Of a stretch of 60,561 nucleotides of DNA, positions 16,875 to 25,396 are shown one piece after another. Under the pieces are notes generated by a model, which saw nothing but the letters and a program-made list of their open reading frames with translations, ran no database searches and had not been told where the DNA came from. How positions within the stretch are numbered: the first letter of the stretch is position 1; every line of letters begins with the position of its first letter. Location of the stretch: IMG/VR virus record IMGVR_UViG_3300034069_000591, positions 1 to 60,561 of that record. One strand, 5' to 3'. The position numbers and the translations under genes are program-made. The stretch is from a virus.

Positions 16875-17041
16875 ACACCGCCGAGCCCGGCACGACCCCG
16901 TGCGGTGCCCGCATGCCGATGGGCCGCCACCCCGCCCGCCCGCACCGCGGCGACCACCAGTGCGTCGAGGCCCCGCACGTCGCGACACACTGGCACCGGT
17001 GCTGGTGCGGATACCAGTGGGGCGAGGTCGACCCGGCGTAG
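16871..17041 (+). CDS. hypothetical Cys/His-rich protein (56 aa)
   Basis: GTGA overlap. Confidence 0.45.
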   Translation: MNTAEPGTTPCGARMPMGRHPARPHRGDHQCVEAPHVATHWHRCWCGYQWGEVDPA

Positions 17042-17051
17042 CCTCCCGGGC
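17039..17051 (+). promoter_or_regulatory. leaderless-type promoter (TAGCCT, sharing its TAG with the upstream stop)
   Basis: Ends 8 nt before ATG 17052. Confidence 0.4.
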
Positions 17052-17333
17052 ATGGCCACCACCAGCAAGACCAGCGCCCGCGCGACCGCGATCGAGTCGC
17101 CCGTCGAGGCGACCGCCACCGAGCAGGAGTCTGTCACCGCCCTCACGCCCGACGACGTGCAGGACGTCGCGCCCGCCGACCCGCGGCAGGTCGGCGAGAA
17201 GGTCCGCCTCACGAACGACCGCGGCGAGGACGTCATCGGGACCGTCGTCGCGCCCGTCGACGACCACCACGTCCTCGTGCAGGCGCACGGCGTCGAGGCG
17301 TCCGTCGCCCTCTCCAAGCTCAAGTCCGCGTAG
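17052..17333 (+). CDS. hypothetical protein (93 aa)
   Basis: ATG lies 8 nt after TAGCCT with no SD. Confidence 0.55.
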   Translation: MATTSKTSARATAIESPVEATATEQESVTALTPDDVQDVAPADPRQVGEKVRLTNDRGEDVIGTVVAPVDDHHVLVQAHGVEASVALSKLKSA

Positions 17334-17336
17334 GGT
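17331..17336 (+). promoter_or_regulatory. TAGGGT -10-like box facing a 202-bp non-coding region
   Basis: The GTAGGGTCGTCG 12-mer is shared with 46299. Confidence 0.3.
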
Positions 17337-17501
17337 CGTCGGCGCAAGGTCCGTCCCGCGAACTGTCACCGTATGGTGCGCGTGCCCCCCGCGGGCTAGC
17401 GGGCGGACCGCAAGCCTCGGCCGCCGGCGCGGGGCTCGGCCTCCAAACCCGAGCTCGCGGGGATCGACACCTCGACGGGGTGCGACGCGCCACCGCATCT
17501 G

Positions 17502-17518
17502 GCCCCCCGCCGGGGGGC
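17502..17518 (+). terminator. 7-bp hairpin GCCCCCC-GCC-GGGGGGC
   Basis: Read directly. Lies just upstream of the TAGTGT promoter. Confidence 0.35.
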
Positions 17519-17522
17519 GCCC

Positions 17523-17535
17523 TAGTGTGGCCGTC
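17523..17535 (+). promoter_or_regulatory. leaderless-type promoter (TAGTGT)
   Basis: Ends 8 nt before ATG 17536, followed by ATGGGAACAGACACCA. Confidence 0.5.
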
Positions 17536-17931
17536 ATGGGAACAGACACCACCACCATGACCGCGCCCGACCTCCCGGGCCCCGACCGCCTCGACCCCGA
17601 CGGGCTCCTCGCCGGCACCGCCGAGGTCTACGCGTGGGCCGGCGCTCGCGGCCACAGCTTCACCGAGGAGGACGACCTCCGCCGGCGCGGTTCGACCCCC
17701 GTCCCGTACCGCGCCGCGCTGCTCGACGCGTGGCTCCTCGCCGGGCAGCACGACCACGCTCGCCTCCGCACGATCCACCCCGAGTACGCGGGCGCGATGC
17801 TCGTCTACAAGATGCGGGGCCTCGCCGGCGTCCGAGAGTTCCTCGACGCGCTCGAGGCCGACGTCGCCGACCTCACCGAGCAGCGTCGCCGCTCGACGTG
17901 GCAGCCCGCCCGCGCGACGGTGACCCGATGA
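17536..17931 (+). CDS. hypothetical protein (131 aa, starts MGTDT)
   Basis: ATG lies 8 nt after TAGTGT. The first 17 nt are identical to the gene at 4447. Confidence 0.6.
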   Translation: MGTDTTTMTAPDLPGPDRLDPDGLLAGTAEVYAWAGARGHSFTEEDDLRRRGSTPVPYRAALLDAWLLAGQHDHARLRTIHPEYAGAMLVYKMRGLAGVREFLDALEADVADLTEQRRRSTWQPARATVTR

Positions 17932-18377
17932 CCGCCGCACGCGAGCTCGCGATCACCGCCCTCCGCTTCATGGTCTCCAAGACCCGCCTCGCGGATCCGC
18001 GCCACGACGAGTATCAGGGCCTCGTCGACGACCTCGTCGCCGGCCGCCAGGTGATCGAGCCCGAGCTCCCGACGCTCCTCTCGGAGCCCCAAGCGATGAT
18101 GCGCGCCCTCGCCAAGGCGTCGCGGGAGCGCAAGCCGCTGATGATCGGGGGCGTCGAGTACGTCGCCGCCATGCCGATCCCCGAGGACGCCAACGTCGAC
18201 CCGGCCGGGTTCCGCGCGGTGCTCGCGCTCCTGCACTCGGCGTACCGCGGCGACGACCTCGGCGGCCAGATCCTGCTCTCCATGAGCAAGCAGCAGCTCG
18301 ACGGCGCCCACGTCATGCTCGCCGTCGCGGCCGAGGTCGTCGGCACCGTCCGCGCCGCCACCGAGGTGCGCTCGTGA
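17928..18377 (+). CDS. hypothetical protein (149 aa)
   Basis: ATGA overlap. Confidence 0.65.
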   Translation: MTAARELAITALRFMVSKTRLADPRHDEYQGLVDDLVAGRQVIEPELPTLLSEPQAMMRALAKASRERKPLMIGGVEYVAAMPIPEDANVDPAGFRAVLALLHSAYRGDDLGGQILLSMSKQQLDGAHVMLAVAAEVVGTVRAATEVRS

Positions 18378-18820
18378 GCCTCCGCGACGAGCTGCTCGCC
18401 CTGTTTGCGGTGCGCCCGTTCGGCGACGACATGCCGTCCGAGGGCATCGACGTCTACGGGACCGGGCAGCCCGAGCGCCTCGTCGACGCGATCGTCGCCC
18501 TCCTGCAGAAGCGGCCGGTCGACGGGTGGCAGATCGTCAACGGATGGATCGTCGAGGAGCTCCCGCCCGAGCTGCAACGCGCCGGCTCGCCCTTCACGGG
18601 ACCCGAGGAGCGGTTCGAACCGCTCCTCAACCTCAAGACGCTGCCCGGCTACTGGTCCATGGTCGAGTCGTGGGTCGACCTCATGGCGGGCCAGTTCGCC
18701 GACGACCTCCAGTACGACGGCGCCGAGGTCATCGGCCGGCTCCGCGCGATGCAGCACGCCGCCGAGCCGCACGAGCCCGGCGTCCCGTGCCCGGTGTGCG
18801 AGGACGGGGCGGGGCTGTGA
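18374..18820 (+). CDS. hypothetical protein (148 aa)
   Basis: Track ORF. GTGA overlap. Confidence 0.65.
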   Translation: MSLRDELLALFAVRPFGDDMPSEGIDVYGTGQPERLVDAIVALLQKRPVDGWQIVNGWIVEELPPELQRAGSPFTGPEERFEPLLNLKTLPGYWSMVESWVDLMAGQFADDLQYDGAEVIGRLRAMQHAAEPHEPGVPCPVCEDGAGL

Positions 18821-18969
18821 CGTGGGAGGGCGAGCTCCCCGGCATGTGGCAGGCGTCCGACCTCGGCGGCGGGCAGGACGACCGCGAGGCCGGCTGCACG
18901 TGCCCCTGGACCGGCGACATCGTCGAACTCGACCCCTCGTGCCCGCTGCACGGCGAGGTGACGGCATGA
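18817..18969 (+). CDS. hypothetical protein (50 aa)
   Basis: GTGA overlap. Confidence 0.45.
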   Translation: MTWEGELPGMWQASDLGGGQDDREAGCTCPWTGDIVELDPSCPLHGEVTA

Positions 18970-19217
18970 CGGACGAGCAGGTCCTCCGCTACCCGCCGAC
19001 GATCGACGGCCGGATCGAGTCGATCGCGACGCACGAGGAGGTCCCCGTCACCGCGCGCCGCACCGGCGAGGTCGAGGACGGGTGCGAGGTCTACGTCCTC
19101 GACGCCACCGTCCCGCTCCGCGCGTTCGGCAACGGCCGCGTCGTGCTCCACATGGACTTCCTCCCCGCGAAGTCCACCCTCAGATTCGCGATCGCCGACG
19201 AGGAGTCCCCCCGATGA
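18966..19217 (+). CDS. hypothetical protein (83 aa)
   Basis: ATGA overlap. Confidence 0.55.
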   Translation: MTDEQVLRYPPTIDGRIESIATHEEVPVTARRTGEVEDGCEVYVLDATVPLRAFGNGRVVLHMDFLPAKSTLRFAIADEESPR

Positions 19218-19555
19218 CCGACACCCCCCTCGACCGCGCGCACTCCCGCGTCGCCGCGCTGCTCGGCGCGCTCGGCGAGACGGGCGACGACACCCGAGTC
19301 GAGGTCCGGACCGACACGTACTCGGTCCGCGTCGTCCGCGAGTGGCAGGTCGCCGGCCGGTACGTCGCGATGTTCCGCAACTACCCGCCCGACCTCCTCT
19401 CGACCTTCACCGACGCGCAGCTCGCCGGGCGCCTCCGCGAGGACCTCGACGCGATGGACAAGGGCCTCATCCCGTCCGTCATGGCGACCGTCGCCGACCG
19501 CGGGCACCGGCTCCACCTCTCCGTCGCGGACCTCGTCGGATCGGTGCGGCTGTGA
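19214..19555 (+). CDS. hypothetical protein (113 aa)
   Basis: ATGA overlap. Confidence 0.6.
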   Translation: MTDTPLDRAHSRVAALLGALGETGDDTRVEVRTDTYSVRVVREWQVAGRYVAMFRNYPPDLLSTFTDAQLAGRLREDLDAMDKGLIPSVMATVADRGHRLHLSVADLVGSVRL

Positions 19556-19776
19556 CGCCCGAGCAGCGCAAGGCCGCCGTGCTCGCGCTCGTCGAGGCGT
19601 TCGCCGACATGGTCGAGTCGCCCGACGACCCCGACGTCAACGCGATGGAGACGGACATCCTCAACCTGCACCTCGTCGACCTCGACGAGCGCGGCCTCGT
19701 GATGCTCGCCGCGATCGGCGCGGGCATGATCGCGTCCGCGCACGGCGAGAACGACCGACGGGGGCTGAGGACGTGA
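19552..19776 (+). CDS. hypothetical protein (74 aa)
   Basis: GTGA overlap. Confidence 0.55.
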   Translation: MTPEQRKAAVLALVEAFADMVESPDDPDVNAMETDILNLHLVDLDERGLVMLAAIGAGMIASAHGENDRRGLRT

Positions 19777-19943
19777 GGCGCTACAGCGCCACCGTCCTGA
19801 TCGAGACGGACGGCGATCCCGCCGCCGTCATCCGGTCCCTCTCCGAGGGACACGCGATGCTCACCGGGCTCGGCGCCCGGTACGAGGGGCCGGACGCGCG
19901 GATCGCGTTCAGCCCGCTGATGACCGAAGCGGAGGCACACTGA
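19773..19943 (+). CDS. hypothetical protein (56 aa)
   Basis: GTGA overlap. Open frame checked codon by codon. Confidence 0.45.
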   Translation: MRRYSATVLIETDGDPAAVIRSLSEGHAMLTGLGARYEGPDARIAFSPLMTEAEAH

Positions 19944-20206
19944 TGATCGCGCACATCCTGATCCAGCGAGAGGACGGGTCCGTCCGTCACACCATCCTGA
20001 ACCCCATCAGCGAGTTCAGCCTCACCGTGAAGGACGCCCCGGGCGGCGCCGAGCCGGCCGTCGCGTGGGTCGAGGGCGCGATCGTCTCGACGACGGACTA
20101 CGACGGCGTGCCGGCCGAGCCCGGCGGCGCCGACCGCGTCAAGCCCGTCGTCGACTGGCAGCGCATCCCGCCCCGCGCCGAGGCGACCCCGGACCCCGAG
20201 TCATGA
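19943..20206 (+). CDS. hypothetical protein (87 aa)
   Basis: Track ORF. Confidence 0.55.
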   Translation: MIAHILIQREDGSVRHTILNPISEFSLTVKDAPGGAEPAVAWVEGAIVSTTDYDGVPAEPGGADRVKPVVDWQRIPPRAEATPDPES

Positions 20207-20508
20207 CCGGCGCGCCCGCGCCCGAGGCCGTCCGACGGGCCTCGTACCGTGAGCCGACCGTCACGGGGATCCTCGAGACGATCGACACGGACCTCTGGGG
20301 GGCGGACATGGCGGCGCAGCGCTCCGAGCTGCACAAGGTGCTGTTCATCAGCCTCGGCGGCACGCTCGAGGAGTGGGCCGCCGGCGACCAGCGCGACCGC
20401 GAGGCCGACGCGCTGTTCCGGGCCGCGGGCATCCAGGCCCAGGCCGTCATCGAGTGGCTCGCCGGCCTCCAGGCCGAGCAGCGCCGCCAGCGGAAGGAGC
20501 GACCGTGA
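20203..20508 (+). CDS. hypothetical protein (101 aa)
   Basis: ATGA overlap. Confidence 0.6.
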   Translation: MTGAPAPEAVRRASYREPTVTGILETIDTDLWGADMAAQRSELHKVLFISLGGTLEEWAAGDQRDREADALFRAAGIQAQAVIEWLAGLQAEQRRQRKERP

Positions 20509-20942
20509 TCGAGTCGTGCGAGGCCCACACCCGGTCCGGGGCGCGCTGCAAGCGGGAGCCCGTCGAGGGCGGGACGCTATGCGCGATGCACCTCCGCATC
20601 GCGCAGGAGCAGATCGACGCCGCGCTCGAGCAGGCTCTCGCCGACGACGTCGCGCGCGCCCGGGCCTCACATGTGGAGACGGGTGGGGATACTTCCCTCG
20701 TGGCCGACCTCAGCATCCGCTCCGGCGACGGCACCGAGCAGCCGCCCGCCGTGCTCGCCGTGATGGGCGCCGCGCACCGCGTCGCGCAGGGCTGGGCGCC
20801 GTCCGACGCCGAGCTCTCCCGCTCGATCGTCGACGACCTCGACGCGCTGCACGCCACCGACGCGGACCTCGAGGCGCTCATCGACGAGGGCGTCGTCGAG
20901 GACTGGGCGCGCGGGTACTGGCGCGCACTCCAGACCGCCTGA
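20505..20942 (+). CDS. hypothetical protein with an N-terminal Cys/His motif (145 aa)
   Basis: GTGA overlap. Contains CEAHTRSGARC...CAMH. Confidence 0.6.
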   Translation: MIESCEAHTRSGARCKREPVEGGTLCAMHLRIAQEQIDAALEQALADDVARARASHVETGGDTSLVADLSIRSGDGTEQPPAVLAVMGAAHRVAQGWAPSDAELSRSIVDDLDALHATDADLEALIDEGVVEDWARGYWRALQTA

Positions 20943-20968
20943 CCTACCGGGCGGGCGTGCTTCCCCGG

Positions 20969-20980
20969 TAGACTCGGGGC
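20969..20980 (+). promoter_or_regulatory. leaderless-type promoter (CCCCGGTAGACT)
   Basis: TAGACT ends 7 nt before ATG 20981. Confidence 0.55.
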
Positions 20981-21280
20981 ATGGGAACCGAGTTCATCAA
21001 CGCGCACTCCTGCCCGACGTGCGGCCTCCGCGCCGACGCCGTGACGGGCCTCAAGGACAGCGAGCATCCCGACGACGGGGCGCTCTCCATCTGCATCCGC
21101 TGCCTCACCGTCGCGGTGTTCGAGACGTTCGCCGGGCACGTCGCCGTGCGGCCGATCCGCCCCGAGGAGCTCGAGGCCGCGCGCCGCGACCCGAAGTGGA
21201 CCGAGACCCTCGCGAACCTCGACCGGGCGCGCGAGGACCGGGCGACGCGGCGGCACTTCATGGCCGGCGGCGCCGCGTGA
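20981..21280 (+). CDS. zinc-ribbon-like protein (99 aa, starts MGT)
   Basis: ATG lies 7 nt after TAGACT. Contains CPTCG...CIRC. Confidence 0.6.
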   Translation: MGTEFINAHSCPTCGLRADAVTGLKDSEHPDDGALSICIRCLTVAVFETFAGHVAVRPIRPEELEAARRDPKWTETLANLDRAREDRATRRHFMAGGAA

Positions 21281-21615
21281 GCGCCCTCCCCGGGTTCGAG
21301 GTGTTCGACCGCGTCGCGCACTCCTCGCGGCGCCGGTCCGAGCTCGTCGTCAACGTCACCGACCGCGGGCTCCGCCTCTCGGCCGCGGCCCGCCGGGCGC
21401 TCGGCACGGCCGACGTCGCGCTCCTTCACGACCGGCCCGCGGGGGCGTTCGCGATCGCGCCAGCCGTCGAGGTGAACGCGGGCCCGATGCACTCGTACCG
21501 CCTGTCCCGCGTCGGTCAGATCGGGTGCCCGTCGTTCGTGCGGTTCCTCGACCTCCGCGTCGGCCCGTACCCGGTCCGCGTCGAGGGCCGCACGCTGATC
21601 GGGGCGACGTCGTGA
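21277..21615 (+). CDS. hypothetical protein (112 aa)
   Basis: GTGA overlap. Confidence 0.6.
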   Translation: MSALPGFEVFDRVAHSSRRRSELVVNVTDRGLRLSAAARRALGTADVALLHDRPAGAFAIAPAVEVNAGPMHSYRLSRVGQIGCPSFVRFLDLRVGPYPVRVEGRTLIGATS

Positions 21616-22019
21616 CGTTCGACGCCCGCGCCTACGTCGCCGACCGCGTCATCGAGGGCCTCCGCGCGCTCACGACCGTCGCCGAGGAGCTCCCCGGGAC
21701 GACCCGCGACCTCCTGACCCTCGCCGCGCGGACGTGGCTCGACGAGGACGGCCGGATCCGCGAGGTCGAGCGCGCGCTCGCCGCCGCCTCGCACCCGTTC
21801 GCGGGCATGCACCTCCCGCCCGACCATCACGTCCGGTGGAACGTCGGAGCGGGCGGCGTGGGCGCGTTCGGCGTCCCGTGCGACTGCGAGCAGAACGTCG
21901 ACCACCAGGTCGCGGGCCCGGTCACGCGCGACGAGGAGGCCCTCATGCGCGAGGCCGGCTACAACCCCCACTCGATCGTCGGGCAGACCGCCTGGCGACG
22001 CCAGCAGAAGGAGTCCTGA
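21612..22019 (+). CDS. hypothetical protein (135 aa)
   Basis: GTGA overlap. Confidence 0.6.
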   Translation: MTFDARAYVADRVIEGLRALTTVAEELPGTTRDLLTLAARTWLDEDGRIREVERALAAASHPFAGMHLPPDHHVRWNVGAGGVGAFGVPCDCEQNVDHQVAGPVTRDEEALMREAGYNPHSIVGQTAWRRQQKES

Positions 22020-22022
22020 ACC

Positions 22023-22415
22023 ATGCCGATCGACCGCAACGTCCAGCAGCGCCGCGCCCGCTACCGCGCCGAGGTCCACGCCGAGGGCACGCACGTCAAG
22101 GCGACGATCGACGGCGACGTCGTCGAGCTCGTCCGGCCCGGTGCTCGCGCGATCCTCCGCGTCCCCATCGACGAGTTCGCCGGGTTCGAGGCCCTCGTCG
22201 TCGACGTCCGCGCCGGCCTCGCCGAGAAGGTGCAGATCGAGTCCGCCGAGCTCGTCCTCCCGTGGGCGCCGACCGTCACCACGCCCGATGCGCCGACGCC
22301 TGTCGACGGCGTCGCGACGTTCGATCCGGCCGCCGACGGGGCGCCCGCCGCACACCGGTTCACCGGCCACCCCGACGACGAGCCGACGGTCGGGCGCGGA
22401 GGCGTGACCGCCTGA
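22023..22415 (+). CDS. hypothetical protein (130 aa)
   Basis: Track ORF. Confidence 0.6.
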   Translation: MPIDRNVQQRRARYRAEVHAEGTHVKATIDGDVVELVRPGARAILRVPIDEFAGFEALVVDVRAGLAEKVQIESAELVLPWAPTVTTPDAPTPVDGVATFDPAADGAPAAHRFTGHPDDEPTVGRGGVTA

Positions 22416-22417
22416 TC

Positions 22418-22429
22418 TACCCTGCACGG
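22418..22429 (+). promoter_or_regulatory. leaderless-type promoter (TACCCT)
   Basis: Ends 7 nt before GTG 22430. Confidence 0.45.
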
Positions 22430-22672
22430 GTGGCCCAGCCGACCGCTCAGACCGACCTCTCCCCGCAGGAGCGGAGCGTCGCGTCCCTGTTCGCGGTCGA
22501 CGGGCTCCGCGTCGCCGAGGTGGCCGATCGGCTCGGCCTGACCGTCGAGACGACCAAGTCCTACCTCAAGCGGGCCCGGTCCAAGTACCGGGCCCGCGGC
22601 GTCGACGCCTCCACCCAGCACCGCCTCCGCGTCGCCCTCGAGGCCGACCGGGAGACGACCCCGACGTCGTGA
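22430..22672 (+). CDS. LuxR/sigma-70-region-4-type HTH protein (80 aa), a possible small terminase or late regulator
   Basis: LSPQERSVASLFAVDGLRVAEVADRLGLTVETTKSYLKRARSKY is a GerE-type HTH. GTG lies 7 nt after TACCCT. GTGA overlap with TerL. Confidence 0.6.
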   Translation: MAQPTAQTDLSPQERSVASLFAVDGLRVAEVADRLGLTVETTKSYLKRARSKYRARGVDASTQHRLRVALEADRETTPTS

Positions 22673-24351
22673 GCCTCGACGTAGTCGAGCGGGTCCGCAT
22701 CATGGACCCCGTCCGACGCGCGGCCTACTTCCGCAGCCTCGACCAGCGGCAGCGCGCCGCGATCGACGCCGCGATCCGGGAGCGCGTCGCCAACCCCTAC
22801 TTCCGGTTCCGCGACGACCCCGTCGGCTTCATGACCCACCCGCAGGGCCTCGCCGAGACGGCCTGGTCGCGGCAGCTCGACATCATGCGCTCCGTCGCCG
22901 AGCACCCCAAGACCGCGGTCCCCGCGTGCCACGCCCCGGGCAAGTCGCACATCGCCGCCCGCATCATTGCCTGGTGGGGGTCCGTGCACCCCGCCGGCAC
23001 CGCCCGGATCCTCACGACCGCGACGTCGTACCGCCAGGTGAAGAACGTCCTCTGGCCCTACGTCCGCTCGGTCCACGGCATGCACGGGCTCCCCGGCCGC
23101 ATGAACCTCACCGAGTGGCGGATCGGCCCCCGCAACGACATCCTCGCGGAGGGCGTGAAGCCGCCGGACGAGGACGAGCACGCCCTCTCCGGCCTTCACG
23201 CGCCGCACGTCCTCATCGTCGTCGACGAGGCCGGCGGCATCAGCAACGCGTTCGGGCAGTCGCTCATCGGCCTCATGACCGGCTCGCACACCCGGCTCCT
23301 CCTGATCGGCAACCCCCCGGTCGACGAGGAGGGCTCGTGGTTCGAGAAGCAGTGCGAGGACCCGACCTTCAACGTCATCCCGATCCCCGCCTCGGCCACC
23401 CCGAACTGGACCCGCGAGGACGCCGGTATCTGCAAGGCGCACCCCGAAATGGCGCCCCACCCCGTCGCCGAGCACCTCGTCGACAAGACGTGGGCCGAGG
23501 ACCTCGTCCGCTCGTACGGTGAGGGCTCCGCCGTGGTCCTCGCCCGCCGCGACGCGGTGTTCCCGAAGAACAACGAGTCCAAGGTCCTCCCCATGATGTG
23601 GCTCGACGCCGCGTCCGTCGACGACGTCGGGATCCCGGACCAGCGCCGCCGCGAGGGCGTCATCAAGCTCGGCGTCGACATCGCCGCCGGCGGCACGGAC
23701 GAGTTCGTCATCGCGCAGCTCGACGGCAACGTCCTCTCCGTCCTGCACCGCTCGACCGGCGAGCAGAACGCCGAGCCCGGGTTCATCCGCAAGACGATCC
23801 AGGAGCACGCCCGCGTCGCCGCCGGCAAGATGCGCGAGCGCGGCCTCGGCACCGTCCGGGTGAAGGTCGACACCGTCGGCGTCGGGTTCGGCATCTACAT
23901 GTCGCTCCGCGAGCCCGAGCAGGCAATCGCCGGCGTCGAGTACGTCGAGGTGTCCGCCGGCGCGAACGCGCACGACGGCGACCGGTTCCGGATGCAGCGC
24001 GACGAGGGGTGGTGGGCGCTCCGCGAGGCGATCCAGGTCGACGAGCACGGCCGCCGCGAGCTGCTCCTCGACCTCGGCACCGACACCAAGGCCCGCGACA
24101 AGATCCTCGCGCAGCTCAACGCGCCGAAGTACACCATCGACGTCCGGTCCAAGATCCACGTCGAGTCCAAGGACGACATGAGCAAGCGGGGCATCGCGTC
24201 GCCCGACGTCGCGGACGCCCTGTGGATGGCGCCCTACGAGCCGCGACCGGCGCTGATCCTCCCCGCGGTCGGCCCGATCGTCGTCGGCGGCGAGGGCGAC
24301 GCCGACCGCACCGAGGCGTCGGAGCGGCTCGTCGCCGTGTCGTTCGGCTGA
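22669..24351 (+). CDS. terL: terminase large subunit
   Basis: 560 aa. Walker A-like ACHAPGKSH and Walker B-like HVLIVVDEAGG. Positioned upstream of the portal gene. Confidence 0.9.
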   Translation: MSLDVVERVRIMDPVRRAAYFRSLDQRQRAAIDAAIRERVANPYFRFRDDPVGFMTHPQGLAETAWSRQLDIMRSVAEHPKTAVPACHAPGKSHIAARIIAWWGSVHPAGTARILTTATSYRQVKNVLWPYVRSVHGMHGLPGRMNLTEWRIGPRNDILAEGVKPPDEDEHALSGLHAPHVLIVVDEAGGISNAFGQSLIGLMTGSHTRLLLIGNPPVDEEGSWFEKQCEDPTFNVIPIPASATPNWTREDAGICKAHPEMAPHPVAEHLVDKTWAEDLVRSYGEGSAVVLARRDAVFPKNNESKVLPMMWLDAASVDDVGIPDQRRREGVIKLGVDIAAGGTDEFVIAQLDGNVLSVLHRSTGEQNAEPGFIRKTIQEHARVAAGKMRERGLGTVRVKVDTVGVGFGIYMSLREPEQAIAGVEYVEVSAGANAHDGDRFRMQRDEGWWALREAIQVDEHGRRELLLDLGTDTKARDKILAQLNAPKYTIDVRSKIHVESKDDMSKRGIASPDVADALWMAPYEPRPALILPAVGPIVVGGEGDADRTEASERLVAVSFG

Positions 24352-24767
24352 TGCTCCAGACCTACCTCGACGGCCGTCAGCTCGTCACCGTCGAGTGCTC
24401 GGTCCTCGTCCCAGTGCACGTCGCCGGGCTGTGCGACCGATGCGGCGCGCCGCTGACCGGTCGCCGCACCCGCTGGTGCTCGTACTCCTGCGAGGTCGAG
24501 TACCGGCAGAACCACGACTGGTCCCTCGCCCGCAAGGCCGCCCGGAAGCGGGACGGCTACCGGTGCGTGCGGTGCGGCTCCACCGAGCAGCTCGAGTGCA
24601 ACCACATGATCCCGCGCGAGGGCCGCGGCTACGGGTGGGGGTGCCACAACCACCTCGAGCTGCTCGAGACGCTGTGCCACGTCGACCACGTCCTCGTGAC
24701 CCGAGAGCAGGTCGCCGCCCGCGCGCTCGCCGCGGTGCCTCTCCCGCGCCGCCGCCGCCACCTCTGA
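24351..24767 (+). CDS. HNH endonuclease (terminase-associated)
   Basis: CVRCGSTEQLECNHMIPRE...CHNHLELLETLCHVDH. ATG overlaps the TerL stop. Confidence 0.85.
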   Translation: MLQTYLDGRQLVTVECSVLVPVHVAGLCDRCGAPLTGRRTRWCSYSCEVEYRQNHDWSLARKAARKRDGYRCVRCGSTEQLECNHMIPREGRGYGWGCHNHLELLETLCHVDHVLVTREQVAARALAAVPLPRRRRHL

Positions 24768-24810
24768 GCGCCTCCCGCGCGTCCGGCGGCCTCACGCCCC
24801 ACCTCGGCCT

Positions 24811-24822
24811 CACACTGGCCCC
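24811..24822 (+). promoter_or_regulatory. leaderless-type promoter (CACACT)
   Basis: Ends 7 nt before GTG 24823. Confidence 0.4.
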
Positions 24823-25320
24823 GTGCGACGCCCCAGCCGCGAGCCCGGGCTCGCCGACTCGACGCCCGCCGGCCGCCCGCAGGTGCCCGCCGCGACGCTC
24901 GTCGGCGGGGTGCTCGCCGGCGCCGCGCTCGGGGTCCTCATGGTCGTCGGCGCGATCGTCGTCCTCGCCGCGACGCCGCTCGACCCGCCGCCCGTGTTCA
25001 CCCGCGGCCACGTCCCCGCCGTCGTGACGCCGTCGCCGATGCTCGTCGACAACGACGTCGACTCGGAGCCGCTGCACCGCGACGGGTTCCGCGCCGAGCC
25101 CGCCGAGCCGCCGGCCGCGATCGTGCTTCCGACCCCGACCGCTCGCGCGACCCCGCGGCCCGCGCGCTCGCACCGGCCCGCCGCCCGTGCGACGCCGCAC
25201 CCGAAGCCGCGCCCTCCGGCGTCCGCGGTAGTACCAACGCCGCGCCCGACCGCCGTCCGACCGGCGCCGGCGCCCGACCGGCCGTGCGTGATCGGGGTCC
25301 TCGGCCTCTGCATCGCCTAG
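24823..25320 (+). CDS. membrane-anchored Pro-rich protein (165 aa)
   Basis: Track ORF with one TM and a long Pro/Ala/Arg-rich tail. GTG lies 7 nt after CACACT. Confidence 0.55.
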   Translation: MRRPSREPGLADSTPAGRPQVPAATLVGGVLAGAALGVLMVVGAIVVLAATPLDPPPVFTRGHVPAVVTPSPMLVDNDVDSEPLHRDGFRAEPAEPPAAIVLPTPTARATPRPARSHRPAARATPHPKPRPPASAVVPTPRPTAVRPAPAPDRPCVIGVLGLCIA

Positions 25321-25396
25321 GCGCGTCGCCGCCGCGTACGCCCGCGCGCGACTCGTACCGTGGCACCCGCACCGACCGTCTACCGAGGGAGACTCC

